Part shown: positions 43,443-55,168 of the stretch, piece after piece
Position numbering within the stretch: the first letter of the stretch is position 1
Layout of the letters: each line of letters begins with the position of its first letter
Origin: Blepharisma stoltei ATCC 30299
Lineage: Eukaryota; Protista; Ciliophora
DNA: 64,000 nucleotides
Assembly: GCA_965603825.1 (NCBI GenBank)
Contig: CBFDEM010000048.1
Coordinates: 310,001 to 374,000, forward strand
Reading direction: 5' to 3'
Position numbers and translations under genes: made by a program
The notes under the pieces: model-generated
Told to the model about the DNA's origin: nothing
Database searches by the model: none
What the model saw: the letters and a program-made list of their open reading frames with translations, nothing else

Positions 43443-43886
43443 ATGGTCAAAACTACAATACTAAAAATGAAAGTACTGAAAGCTAAAAAGCTGCCGGAAT
43501 CTAAAAGACTGAGTAGAAAGTTTTTAAAAATTCACAAAAAGAAATTTTCTGTGAATGATACAATATTAGTAAACGAAGAGCATGATAAATCTGCAGTTGC
43601 TACGATTGAGAAGATATATTGGAATTTTGACGAAGAGATTGGCCAAATTAAAATCAGATGATTTTATAAGCCAAAAGATATTCCAGGACTCAAAAAAGTT
43701 CACGCAAGAGAACTATTTGACAGCAATTTAAGGCAAGAAATTGATATGGAAATGGTAAAAGGTAAAGCAAAAGTTCTTAAGCTTGAAGATTTTCTAAAAG
43801 AAAACGACAAAAATGCATATTTCACAAGATCATTTTATGATGCAACTACAAAAAAAATTGAAGGTGATACTACACCTATTTCTTAA
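43443..43886 (+). CDS. Stand-alone BAH-domain protein (TGA 43659)
   Basis: FSVNDTILV...VATIEKIY...IR-W-FYKP.D...RELFDS....I....V.GKAKV...YF.R.FYD. The start may be 43467. Confidence 0.85.
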
Positions 43887-43939
43887 TATAATTATCATGT
43901 CTCGTAATATGAACTAGAGTAAGGTAATAATAATAATAA

Positions 43940-44581
43940 ATGGACAAAGAAAAAAGACGCATGCTAAAACTTCTTGACAAAATCTCTGAAAAAGAGGACA
44001 AGCCAATAACTCTGCCTCAAAAACGGCCTCCAACAGACCCATTAGTCAATAAAAATTGGAAAAAAAATCCTAGCTATAAAGTACCTAAATCTGCAGCAAA
44101 GCATGATATTGTTGCGATTGATTGTGAAATGGTCAGCACTAATTCAGATCAAAATAGCTTGGCAAGGGTTTCTATTGTCGATATGGATGGAAACGTTCTT
44201 CTTGATGAATACGTAAAACAGAGTGAGCCTGTAAATAACTATAGAACTTCAATCACAGGAATTAAAGCAAGGCATCTGAAGAATGCCAAATCTTTTAATG
44301 AAATACAAAAATTAGTTACAGATGCTTTAAAAAATAAATTAGTTATAGGTCATGCTATAAGTCATGATTTAAAGGCTTTAAAAATCAACTTACCTGCAAA
44401 TGTGGTTAGAGATACTCAAAAGCTTTATAAATTAACAGAAGGAGTATCAACAATTTCACTACAAAAGCTTGCACTTGAGAAGCTAGGTAAAGCGATACAG
44501 ATAGGCCATCATTCGTCGATTGAGGACGCGAGAGCAACTATGGAAATTTACAAAACGCTTTTCCTTTCTAAAAAGCTATAA
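43940..44581 (+). CDS. REXO4: DEDDh 3'-5' exonuclease, REXO4/ISG20-like
   Basis: AIDCEMV, LARVSIV, IGHAISHDLKAL, RDT, HSSIEDARATM. Confidence 0.88.
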   Translation: MDKEKRRMLKLLDKISEKEDKPITLPQKRPPTDPLVNKNWKKNPSYKVPKSAAKHDIVAIDCEMVSTNSDQNSLARVSIVDMDGNVLLDEYVKQSEPVNNYRTSITGIKARHLKNAKSFNEIQKLVTDALKNKLVIGHAISHDLKALKINLPANVVRDTQKLYKLTEGVSTISLQKLALEKLGKAIQIGHHSSIEDARATMEIYKTLFLSKKL

Positions 44582-44665
44582 TAAAAAATTTTTATATAAG
44601 TCATCTAATATATTTTTTTTTGATTTTTAGTTCATAATTCTCCAAGCATTTTTGATGTATAAAAT

Positions 44666-45853
44666 ATGAATGCTGATTTTCTTATTATTGGTGGAGGCAT
44701 CATAGGACTGAGCATGGCTCGGGTGATGTCTCAGTCCGGAAAAGTTGTCCTTATAGAAAAAGACTTTTGTGGAGCTCATGCAAGTGGCCGTAACAGCGCA
44801 GTGGTCCATGCAGGAATTTATTATCCTAATGGCTCATCAAAAGCTCTCCATTCAGTTAAGGGAAATGCCCTTATCACTGAATATTGCAAATCCCACGGTA
44901 TCAAAATTCAAAATATCGGGAAAATCATTGCGCCAGCCAACGATCAAGAAGCAGAAGAACTTAAAAGCCTATATGACAGAGGGATTAAAAATGGTGCACC
45001 ATTAAAACTAATAGACTACCATGAAGCTAAATCTATTGAGCCTAGAATAATCCCACAGCAAAGGTATATTTGGTCTCCTTCTACTTCTATAGCAGACAAT
45101 AAAGGAGTTATTAAAGCTTTGAAACAGGAATGTGAAGAAAAGGGGGTAAAAATCGTTGAAGGCTGCAAGTTTTTATCAAAAGCTGATAATTTAAGCACAA
45201 CTATAGTAGAAACGTCAAAATTCCCAATTGAAGCGAAGTTTGTGATAAATTGTGCAGGGATGTACGTTGATAAAATTGCGAAACAGTTTGGATTTGGCCT
45301 GAATTATGAAATTCTGCCAATTATTGGGCTTTATCTGGATGGAAATCCAGGGATTAAAGGTTTTAATACACTAATATACCCATGCCCTTCTCCAGATTTA
45401 GGACTAGGTGTCCATACGACAAACACTGTACATGGGGTTTATAAGTTAGGCCCAACCGCTACTCCTGCCCTATGGAGAGAACAATACGCATGAAACCATG
45501 GCTTCAGTTTGAGCGAAGTACTGTCATCTTCTAATTTATATTTGAGGTGCCTTTTCTCAAAAAATTGGAAAATGTATATTAAGCTGTTCCTGAGAGAAGC
45601 TAGGAAATACCAAAAAAGTAATATAGTCGCAGATTGCAACAAATTAGTTAGTGGGGTGGTAAGAGAAGACTATAAGCACTGGGGGATTCCAGCAATGTTT
45701 CCACAATTAGTTGATAAAAGAACTTATACCTTTGTAGACGATTTTGCTGTTGAAGGAGATGAGAAATCAATTCACTTTTTAAATATTGTTTCTCCTGGTT
45801 GGACGAGTTCACTTTCTTTTACTCAAGAAATCAGTAAAAGAATTCTTAAGTAA
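44666..45853 (+). CDS. FAD-dependent L-2-hydroxyglutarate oxidase (LhgO/L2HGDH-like; TGA 45491)
   Basis: IIGGGIIG, HASGRNSAVVHAGIYY, INCAG, LIYP.P...LGVH.T, GPTA, N.VSPG.T. Confidence 0.88.
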
Positions 45854-45984
45854 ATAATGAGTCTATCAAAATCTATTTTAGCTATTATCTTTTTATCTTT
45901 TTAAGCTGAATTAATTAATCTCTTTAAGAATCCTTGGTTCTCTTAATAATTTAATGATTTTATAATTTGTAATTTCTCAAATAT

Positions 45985-48126
45985 ATGAGCTTTTCGTTAA
46001 GCGCACTATCAGAGTCTAATGAAGGAATAAAAGAAGATTTTCAGGCAGAAGGAGATAAGCTTGAAAAAGAAATAGAAAACTTATTTTTATCTGTCAGAGA
46101 TGAGTGTGAAAGAGAAAGAATTAAGCCAAGTATGAAAGATGATTTATATAAAGAGCCAATACTTGAAATTGAGCCTACTAAAACAATCGAAAAAGTTATC
46201 ATAAAGGCGAAAACAAATATTTTGAATACTGAAAAACAAGAAATAAAGCAGGGTGTTATTTTTACTACAAGAGCGATGGGTCCTTCAAAATATTTCAAAA
46301 AAGATGATCCAAGTCAAAAAGAAAAAGAAGAGTTTCAACCAGAAGGAGATAAGATTGAAAAAAATATAAAAGATTCATCAGTCAGAGATGAGTGTGAAAG
46401 CGAATGAATTAAGCCAAGTATTAAAGAGGATGTTTATAAAAAGTCTATACTTGAATTTGAGTCTATTAAGCCTGTCGATGAACTGATGGTAAAAGCAAAA
46501 GCAAATGTTGTAAATACTGAAAAACAAGAAATTAAGCAGGGTGTTGTTTTTACTACAAGAGCAATGGGACCTTCAAAATATTTCAAAAAAGATGACTCAA
46601 ATCAAAATGCAAAAATAAAAAAACTGACACCAGAGTCTAATGAAGGAATAAAAGAAGAAATTCAGCCAGAAGTAGATAAGTTGGAAAAAGATATAGAAAA
46701 TCTATTTTCATCTGCCAGAGGTGAGTGTAAAAATGAAAGATTTCAGCTAAGTATTGAGGAAGATGTCCAGAAAGAGTCTATAGTTGAAATTGAACCTATT
46801 AAGCAGGTGGATAAAATAATGGTAAAAGCAGAAACAAATTTTGAAAGTTCGGAAAACCAAGAAATAAAGAAAAACATTGATTTTTCTGGAAAATATACCA
46901 AAAAAGATGTCGTAAATAAAAAAGCAGAAATAAAAAGCTTGATATCAGAGCCTGATAATAAAATAGAAGAGGGAATTCAACCAGAAGTTGAGAAACTCGA
47001 AAAAGAAATAGAAAATTTATTTTTAGCTGCCAGAGATGAGCACGAAAGAGAAAGATCTCAGTCAAGCATTGAAGAAGATCTAGGCATAAAGTCAATAGAT
47101 AAAATTAAGTCTCATAAACCAGCTGAAAAAATAACAGCAAAAGCAGAATCAAATATTGTGAGTACTAGAATGCAAGAGCTAAAAGAAGGGGTAAATTTTA
47201 CTCCAAGAACTATGAAGCCTTTAAAATACTTCGAAAAGAATGACTCAAATCAAAAAGCAAATTTTATAAAGCCAATATCAGAGTCTAATGAAGAAATAAT
47301 AAAAAAGCATCAGCCAGAAGATGATAAGCTTGAAAAGGAAATAGAAAATTTATTTTTATCTGTCAGAGATGAGTGCGAAAGAGAGAGAATTAAGCCAAGT
47401 ATTGAAGAAGAAGCATATAAAGAGTCTATCTTTGAAATTGAACCTATCAAGACAGTCGAAAAAATAACGGTAAAACCACAAAAAAATATTGTGAATACCG
47501 AAATACAAGAAATGAAGCAAGGCGCTATTTTTACTACAATTGCGATGGGGCCTTCAAAATATTTCAAAAAAAATGACCCAAATCAAAAAGCAAAAATAAA
47601 AAGGCTGATGAAAAGAAAATCAAGGCAGCTAAAAATAAAGCTCAAAAACAACCAAAACCTTGTAAACGAAATGGTTGATGTTATTATAAACCTAAAGCTT
47701 GTTTCCAAGGATTTATTAGAGTGGTCTGACAACATCCCAAAATCAGCAAAAGGGGAATCCTTAGCTGAAAAAAGAAAGTTAAAGCTGCAGCAGGTAATTT
47801 TGAGATAGAAACAAAGAGAACTCCAAGAAAAACTGGAAAGCTTGTCTGTTAACTTTACAAATGCTATGATGGAAAAAGTTAAGGTCTTTTTGCAGTCTGA
47901 TAATGAAAATGAGATTAAAGAAATAATTAGTCACGATTGGGCGAAAAGGAATTTATGTATAAGACTGTTTGGGGTCAATAAATACTGATGGGCAGAAAAA
48001 ATATTGAAAGAGTGCCCAAAGGAAGCCTATGAATTTGAAGTGTCAACAAATTTTGACTACAAATTAGCAAGCAAAATTCTTAAAGAATGTAAAAACTATT
48101 TAGGGTGAAATTCAGACGGCATATAA
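45985..48126 (+). CDS. Glu/Lys-rich protein with about five ~105-aa internal repeats (TGA at 46405 and two more; intron 47794-47808)
   Basis: Continuous frame after Trp read-through and removal of one 15-nt intron; ends in TAA at 48124-48126. Confidence 0.75.
46012..47600 (+). repeat. Intragenic tandem repeat, ~310-330 nt units
   Basis: ESNE..KE..Q.E.DKLEKEIENLF.S.RDEC..ERIKPS...FTTRAMGPSKYFKK units begin near 46012, 46325, 46633, 46948 and 47281. Confidence 0.88.
47794..47808 (+). other. 15-nt intron GTAATTTTGAGATAG
   Basis: Its TAG is the apparent stop; about 105 further open codons follow; A at -6. Confidence 0.8.
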
Positions 48127-48376
48127 TCAAATTAATAAAATTATGATATTCTGTGCTAAGATTGACTTTAAATATAAGTGTAATGTTTTTATTATAAAAT
48201 TATATTTATTATTATAATAACTATGGAAAAATTAAGCTGATCTTATAAATAATATATAAATCTATTTAATTTTCTAGAAAGCTATAAATATTTTAATTAT
48301 AAGTTAATCTTAGAAGGTATCAGAATTATTGAATATTCAAGACAACTGTTTAAAAATAATAAAATTTGCATTAATA

Positions 48377-49060
48377 ATGAATAATCATAAGGACGATAGG
48401 ATGATTGATTTCAACTATGGCATTAGCAGATTCGTCGATGAAAAAATGTTTATGCAGTTTCTGAAGCGCTTCGAAGCCAAAGATCTCAACAACTCTCTAA
48501 ATGACATCCAATCTGCTTATAATTCACAAAATTGGCCAGAGCTCAAAAGAAGCTCTCACTCTCTAAAAGGATCCAGCGGATATGTCGGTGCCCTCATCTG
48601 CCAAAAACTTTCAGAGAATTTGCAAAATCTGTGTGCTGAAAACCCTCCAAAAAATCTAGAAGAGGTAGATCAAGCATTAAAGAAATTAATAGCCCACATC
48701 AATGAGCTGCAAAGCTACCTTACAAATTATTTTAAAAAACCTTCAGAGCCTGCTAAGCCAGAGAAAAATATTTCCGATAAAGGCAATGAAGATAACAAGC
48801 CTTCTCCAAAAATTATTACGACGTTTCATAATGATAATAAAAATTCAAAAGGCGAAGAAGAAAAGCAAGCCAGCGTGGAAGAATCACATAAGGCTGAAGA
48901 AGAGCCTCAAAAAGAATTAGACTCGCCGGTATTTGTGGTAAAAAGGATGGTTCCTCCTTCATGCAAAATTAATGAAAATGATAAAAACACTCTAGAGGCA
49001 GAAAATGAAATTGATTTGTATGATGAGATTAACAAGCAATGGAGATGTGAGATTATATAA
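48377..49060 (+). CDS. Histidine phosphotransfer (HPt) protein with C-terminal CaaX-like motif
   Basis: LKRSSHSLKGSSGYVGA..Q.LS..LQ HPt signature (His codon at 48557); ends CEII. Confidence 0.85.
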   Translation: MNNHKDDRMIDFNYGISRFVDEKMFMQFLKRFEAKDLNNSLNDIQSAYNSQNWPELKRSSHSLKGSSGYVGALICQKLSENLQNLCAENPPKNLEEVDQALKKLIAHINELQSYLTNYFKKPSEPAKPEKNISDKGNEDNKPSPKIITTFHNDNKNSKGEEEKQASVEESHKAEEEPQKELDSPVFVVKRMVPPSCKINENDKNTLEAENEIDLYDEINKQWRCEII

Positions 49061-49361
49061 CGTGAATTTACATAAATCTCATTAGAATTTGTTAATTATT
49101 AATTTCAAAAGAAAAATTGCAAAAGTTATAGTTCCAAATGTTTGACGTCAGTATAGTAAATTTGTAAATATGCAAAATAAGATAATTTAACATTATCTAT
49201 AAATATTTCATATATAAATTTTATCTTTTATTTCTCTTATTTGCGGTGTTTCTGTCATAGAATTGAACTATTTCTATTTTTTGTGTTGGAAACTGTTTTT
49301 ATGAGGTAAGACATCAATTTAAGAAATTTATAAGTGTATATTTGAACTTATTCATATAAAC

Positions 49362-50501
49362 ATGGCAAAACATGCAGGAAAACTATGACTCTTGCTATTT
49401 CTTTCACCAGGACTATGCTTTACCGAATATTCCTTAGAAGCTGAAGAAGCTATACTATGCTCATCCTACACTTGTAAGCTTTCTACTCAAGAATTCACTT
49501 CGGAGACCTGCATTTATTATGACTCATCTGGAAATGGCACCTATTATGTTACAAACTGTACCAACGTCGCCTACCCTTATTGCCCTGAATCAGCCGGTAA
49601 AAACAGTACCTGTGCCATCAAGCCTGACCCCACAAACGTAGCAAAGTGGCCAGGTGAAAAATGTGTCAGCAATGATGACTGCAGCAATTATGCTACCAAA
49701 GGCTGCGTAGAAGGCATATGCAGAGGCTCAAGCATAGGGGAATCCTGCACTTCTCAAAACAACTGTGACCCTGGCTATCACTGCTCTAACAGTACTTGTG
49801 TCTTGCAGCTTGAAATTGGAGAGAAAGGATGCAATGAAGATGGTGACTGTGTAAATAGCGCTGGATGCGATATAGCGACAAATGCTAAGCCTGGGACTGG
49901 GGTTTGTATTGAATATTTAAGTGTAGGAGAGTATCATAGAGTCCAAAGCTGCGATTCCACAGACTACACGAATATGCTTTGTGCTTCAAATTTGTGTGCA
50001 ACACAATGCTATAGGTCTTATTGTTTGCCCAGGCTTCCAAGTTTAAATCAGCCACCTGTCGCATGCACTTCAAATAGTAATTGCTCTTCTGTGATAGACC
50101 CACAATATGAAATGCCATTATATTCGCAATGCACATGTGGGTTTAATCCTGAAGGAAAAGCATATTGTGGGCTGTTTCCAGGAGATACATTATATGGAAA
50201 ATACTTAGATAAACTGACTGATTATTTGGAAAGTAGCGCTCTTTTGTATTGCAATACAGAAAGAAGGTTTAACCCAGTCTGTATGAAAGACTGGTGGGGT
50301 GCTAAGAATATGGCAATTTATTCCTATTACTATACAATTGTTTTCGATTACCCTGACATTCAAAATAATCAAGATTGTGTTGCTGAAATTTTCAATGCAA
50401 AGTATGTAAGCATATCTCAGCAATATGAGTATTACCTTGACAATTTTGGAAATGTATTAACTCTACTATCTGGGGTGGTTTTTGCAAGCATGATAAATTA
50501 A
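49362..50501 (+). CDS. Cys-rich secreted or GPI-anchored surface protein (TGA 49386)
   Basis: Signal peptide, repeated GE.C...DC Cys modules, C.CGFN..G..YC, hydrophobic C-terminus. Confidence 0.8.
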
Positions 50502-50552
50502 TCCAGTTTCTTAATTATGACTTTTTATTTTAAAATTATAATAAATTTACAA

Positions 50553-53500
50553 ATGCCCGCACTTATCGTATTTTTAGTTTCCTATGTGTTAGCAATACAA
50601 ACCCAAATTAGCTGCAATTCAACAAAATATTACTACAATACAGCAATAATGGACTGTGATACCTGCGGGGATAATAAAATTGCAAGTTCTGACTGATTGT
50701 CATGTGAATGTGCTCCTGGGACTTATAAAGACCCTACTACAAATGAGCTTCCAATGTTCTCTTGCATTGCGTGCTCGCCAGGTGCTCCAAGTTCTGATGG
50801 ATATGCGTGCCAAACATGTCCAAATGGAATTGACCAATCAACAAAAGATTGCTATTGCTCATCTGCCAGCTATGAAGTTGTTGAAGAGTTTAATAAGGAT
50901 GGAACTTATTTGACTGAGAAAACTTGCCAAGCTTGCTCTTCTCTTAATTACTACCCTGGCCCTGGTTCTCATTCTTGTGAACAATGCCCTTATTTAGATA
51001 TAATGGAAAGAGATCCTTCCACTTATAAATGCGTTTGTATAAGTGATTATACCAGTTCAGCAGGGACTTGTGTTAAAAACTCAGAAGTGGCTGACTTACT
51101 AACTCAATTCCCTTTGGAATCTGCTAGAAGTGTTATTTATAACTACGTCGAAACCAATAAAGGCGTTTCCCAAGTCACAATTGCTGCTAGTGACACTTTT
51201 AATTATTTTTATTTGAAATCTTTAAGGGACTGCAATAACACCCGTAGTATCGAAGCCTGCCAAAACCTCGCCAATTTATGTGTGCTTCAATTATATAACG
51301 AACAATCCACAGTTTGCCAATTATACGAGTATATTGAAGGCAAAAGAAAAACAGCGACACCTTCGTCAGAGTCAGCAAGTGATCCAGGACTAAAAGAAGA
51401 TATGGCTTGGATTTATTATGGGAATCCCGCAGATGACGTTTTGGACTCTGATATTGTAAATATGAAGGTCACTTTTGATTCGGGTGATACTGATAAAATA
51501 AATAAACTTCAATTTAAGCTTGCCAAATTTATGCTTAATGGGACCTTTGTGGAGTACATTGACCTGACGGATCAGCTGATTTTATGCCCTCATTCAGACG
51601 ATGATACAAAAAATTGAAAAACTTTTGGGACTAATGAAGTTTATGACTGTGACTTAGACCTTACCCCTTATATCACTTATTCTGAAACTGTTTTCTATGA
51701 CCCTTATTTATTAGACCAAGATGGAAGCTTAATTGATGTACCTGTTTTAATTGATAATTTTATAGATACAAATGGAGATAAGCCTAATAAAGGCTCAGAT
51801 AAATCATCATGAAGGCTGGTGAGAAGGTTTTTTATATATGATAACGTAAGTGGCAAAGTTGGCACAAATGCATATATTTATGGAAATGATACCACAGTTT
51901 TGACTTATCCTAAATCAATAAAGCTCAGGGTCACTCTTAGGACTGATGCAGACTCAAAAATATATGTGCCTTTACTGCTTATTAAATACCGCACAAGGCT
52001 GGTAAACTATATTGAGCAAGAAGATAAAAGCTCCCATTTAACTTTTATCAGTGAATATACCATGAATACCTCAGGATTCTGAAAAGTCGCTTTAGCCATT
52101 TTTATTGTGACTAATTTTGTACTTATCTTGATATGACTTCTAAAATTATATATTTGGAAGAAAAACAACCCTGCAATCATTTCAAGAGATGGCTATACCA
52201 TGAAAATGATTTCTGCAGGCGCATGAACGTTTTTCGGGGTGTGAGCGTTTACAATGTTTTGGTATCTCTTTGTGTTTACCGCTTATTGGTTTATTTTTTA
52301 TAAAATGCAGTACCATGTATATGTCCTAATTCCTCCACAGAATTCATACCCTGACGATTATGTTGCGTTTCAAGTAGTTTTTGGGCTAACTGTGTCGTTT
52401 CAAATATTGTGGGTGCTTAATATTATTATGACACAAGCCAAGGTAGATTTTTTATTTATTGATTGGGAGACTCCAGGAAGGATTTTGAGACCTGGCGCTG
52501 ACCAAATTAAAGCAATTATCGGAGAAGTTAGAGGGGACCCGCCGCGCCCTGAATACTATAAAGTCAGTGTGAGTGCTTGGAGAACTCTATTTGTATCGAA
52601 TGAGCTTAATGAAATACAAGCATCTAGGTACATAAACATTGAGTTTACTTTAATTTTTACGCTGCTTTTCTTGAGTGGAATCGGATGGGAAGAGCTTGGG
52701 TCTGCTCAGCCTAATCTTCATACTGATGAAGGTAGCTACACAAAGTCACCAATGAATATGGTCTTGAGATTCTTTATTGATTCTTTTTTGATCCTTGTAA
52801 TAGGGTATACTCAATTTATTATCAGAAAAATCATAAGTACATGGGTTCCTACCCAACTTCACAATTTTGTTGATCTTTGCGCAATCACAAATATTTCGGT
52901 ATTTATACTAGATGATGCATTGCATGGGTATTATATTCATGGATGTTCACCTATAGGTATCGCAGATATAACCCTAGACGAGCTGCTAAAAGGGTTAGGA
53001 AAAGAAGAATCTGGGACAGCCATGAAAAGAGGCTTAGTCCCAGATGACCCTACACAGCTTCAAACCTTTGAAATTTATATCCCTTGAAGAGTTCGAGAAA
53101 CTTATAATACAATGACCTCAAATGCTACAGACTCTGACGCAAACTCTTATGCAGCTGCCCAAAAATTAAACCAAGCTTCTAAACTATGGCTTAATCGGCA
53201 AACTACTACAGAACCATTGACACAGGAAGCTATGGATGATATAAGAAATCAGCTGAACAATAAATTCAAGACTTATATTACTGATGTGATAAGAAATAAT
53301 AAATCCCAAGTATTGGAAAAAACTCCTGTACAAAGATTTTTGAGCATGCCTCCTACTGATATGGCCAGCTTCGTAGGAATGCCATTTTTTTATAGAGATA
53401 TAGCGATGGGGTTTGAAAATATTTTTTTCATGGGAAGAGAGTTTAGCTTGCTACTATTGGACATTTTGATATTTGATCTTATTGATATAGCAGCGCAGAA

Positions 53501-53621
53501 TATATATATTGCAGCTCTTGTTACTTATGTTTTTAGTAAAATTGTCGTCTGATTCAGGCAAGATTTAGGGGAGAGGAATTTGTCAAGAAAGACTCTTGTG
53601 GATAGAAGATTCTTGATATAG
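50553..53621 (+). CDS. TMEM67: Meckelin, ciliary transition-zone protein (9 TGA codons)
   Basis: Cys-rich N-terminus, ACQ.LANLCVL, RRFF..DN.SG, F.IDWE, SAWRT.FV.NE.NEIQ, FVDLC...NIS, GYYIHG.S, NLS.KTLVD.RFLI-TAG. Confidence 0.95.
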
Positions 53622-54386
53622 TTAATGGAAAATAAAAAATTAAATAAATAATTAAAAAAAGTAGGCTATGCTTTTAGGTAAAGCTAATCTCTTATTTTAT
53701 ACTCTTCTATTTATTTTTGGGTAATTCTGTCTGCTCTATAATGAAAATCTCTTTGGAACTCGTCTAATTTTATTGTATAGCATTTTTAGCTGTTAAATTA
53801 TGGGAATAAATCATAGGTGAGTGTCAAGCCTTTAGCACTCTAACCACATCTGTCCAAAGTATACGTGATACGATATGGCTTTTTAAAAATTTCGAAACAT
53901 AAAGGCAATAGGAAATCTACAAACTAAAATTATTGGAATTCGTGAACTCGGATATTCAGAAAGCACACAGAATACTCTAAGAACATAATTTCACTCTTAA
54001 ATTCGTACAGTTTCTAGAATTATAGATATCTGCATTGAAAAATGTTAATATTCTACTGTAAATAAGTTAAGGAATTTATGCTTCAACTCTAATAAGCGAG
54101 ATTCACCTCTGAATATATTATTTTTACAGTTTTGAGAATATTTCTCTTATTTTATTTACTTATTAAATAATCTTTTAAATATATCTCTTAAGAAGCAATT
54201 TTAATTCAATCTATTTAATAAATAAAAATGGAGAAAATTTTGATACCATAGATTAAAAGAATATTTCTAATAAATTTAATAATATAAGCTAAATTATCAT
54301 ATTTAAGCACTAATCTGAATTTGCAACTAACAATATTTGAATGAAATATAATTTACAATTTATTATTTTTATCAAAAATATATCAA

Positions 54387-55088
54387 TTATAAAGGTAAGC
54401 ACCTTGATCTTGATTTTTTGACGTTTACAAACCTATAGCTATGGACAACTCTTTCCATATCGATTCCCAATCATTTGACGATTCGATTGTCATTGATAAT
54501 CATCTTTCTATAAGAATCCTTATCAATGTATTTCCCATGCTCGTCTTCCATACACATTTCTGTCTTAATTAAGCTTTCAACGATTTGTGAAATTTGTTCT
54601 TGACTAAGGCCAAAAGATGTTATCTGAGAAACTGCAGAAGTTAAAAGAGCTTTTATGTCATCAACGTATATTTTACCTTCTTCTTTTACATTATACATCC
54701 GAAAAGAAGCCTCAATTTGATCTCTATACTTCGTTGCCATAATAGACTTATTTATTTCTTGACTCGTTCTAGGTGTTTCAGTATTCTTTGTAATAAATGT
54801 ACTTAACCCTAATAAAAACTCTCGAAAATTTATAACTCTGTCACCATTCGCATCAAATAGCCGAAATGCTCTATCAGAGATCATAGGTGAAAGAGGCAGT
54901 TTTAAGCCAAGACAAAATTCAGAATAATCAATTACGCCGTCATCTACTTCAGATTTAGAAATTTCATAAAATCGCTTGTATAGCATTTCTACCTCTTCTG
55001 GGGAAAATAAGGTTTGGCGTGAAAATTCTTGAAGCTCTGTTTGCCGGAGCTTAGGAATTTTGTTCATATTACTAGGAGCTGAACCCAT
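54387..55088 (-). CDS. Calcineurin-B-like/NCS EF-hand Ca2+ sensor (TGA 54471)
   Basis: MG start; F...EVE.LY.RF..IS....DDG.I; FD.NGD..I.F.EF..GLS; true C-terminus RSRCLPL. Confidence 0.85.
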
Positions 55089-55168
55089 ATTTAATAGAAC
55101 TAAAAAATTAAAACTAATAAGACGTTTATTATAGTCTGGCTTTCTTTTTTAAATTTTTTCTTAAAAGA

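Noticed and set aside
50553-53621. Fragmented ORFs (TMEM67, USP, DENN, actin copy 3 and others) as pseudogenes
   Set aside because: All breaks are in-frame TGA codons or tiny introns; there are no frameshifts.
53810-53885. GC-richer patch in a long spacer that looked tRNA- or snRNA-like
   Set aside because: I could not fold a cloverleaf or find a T-loop GTTC or Sm site. An Infernal/Rfam scan would settle it.
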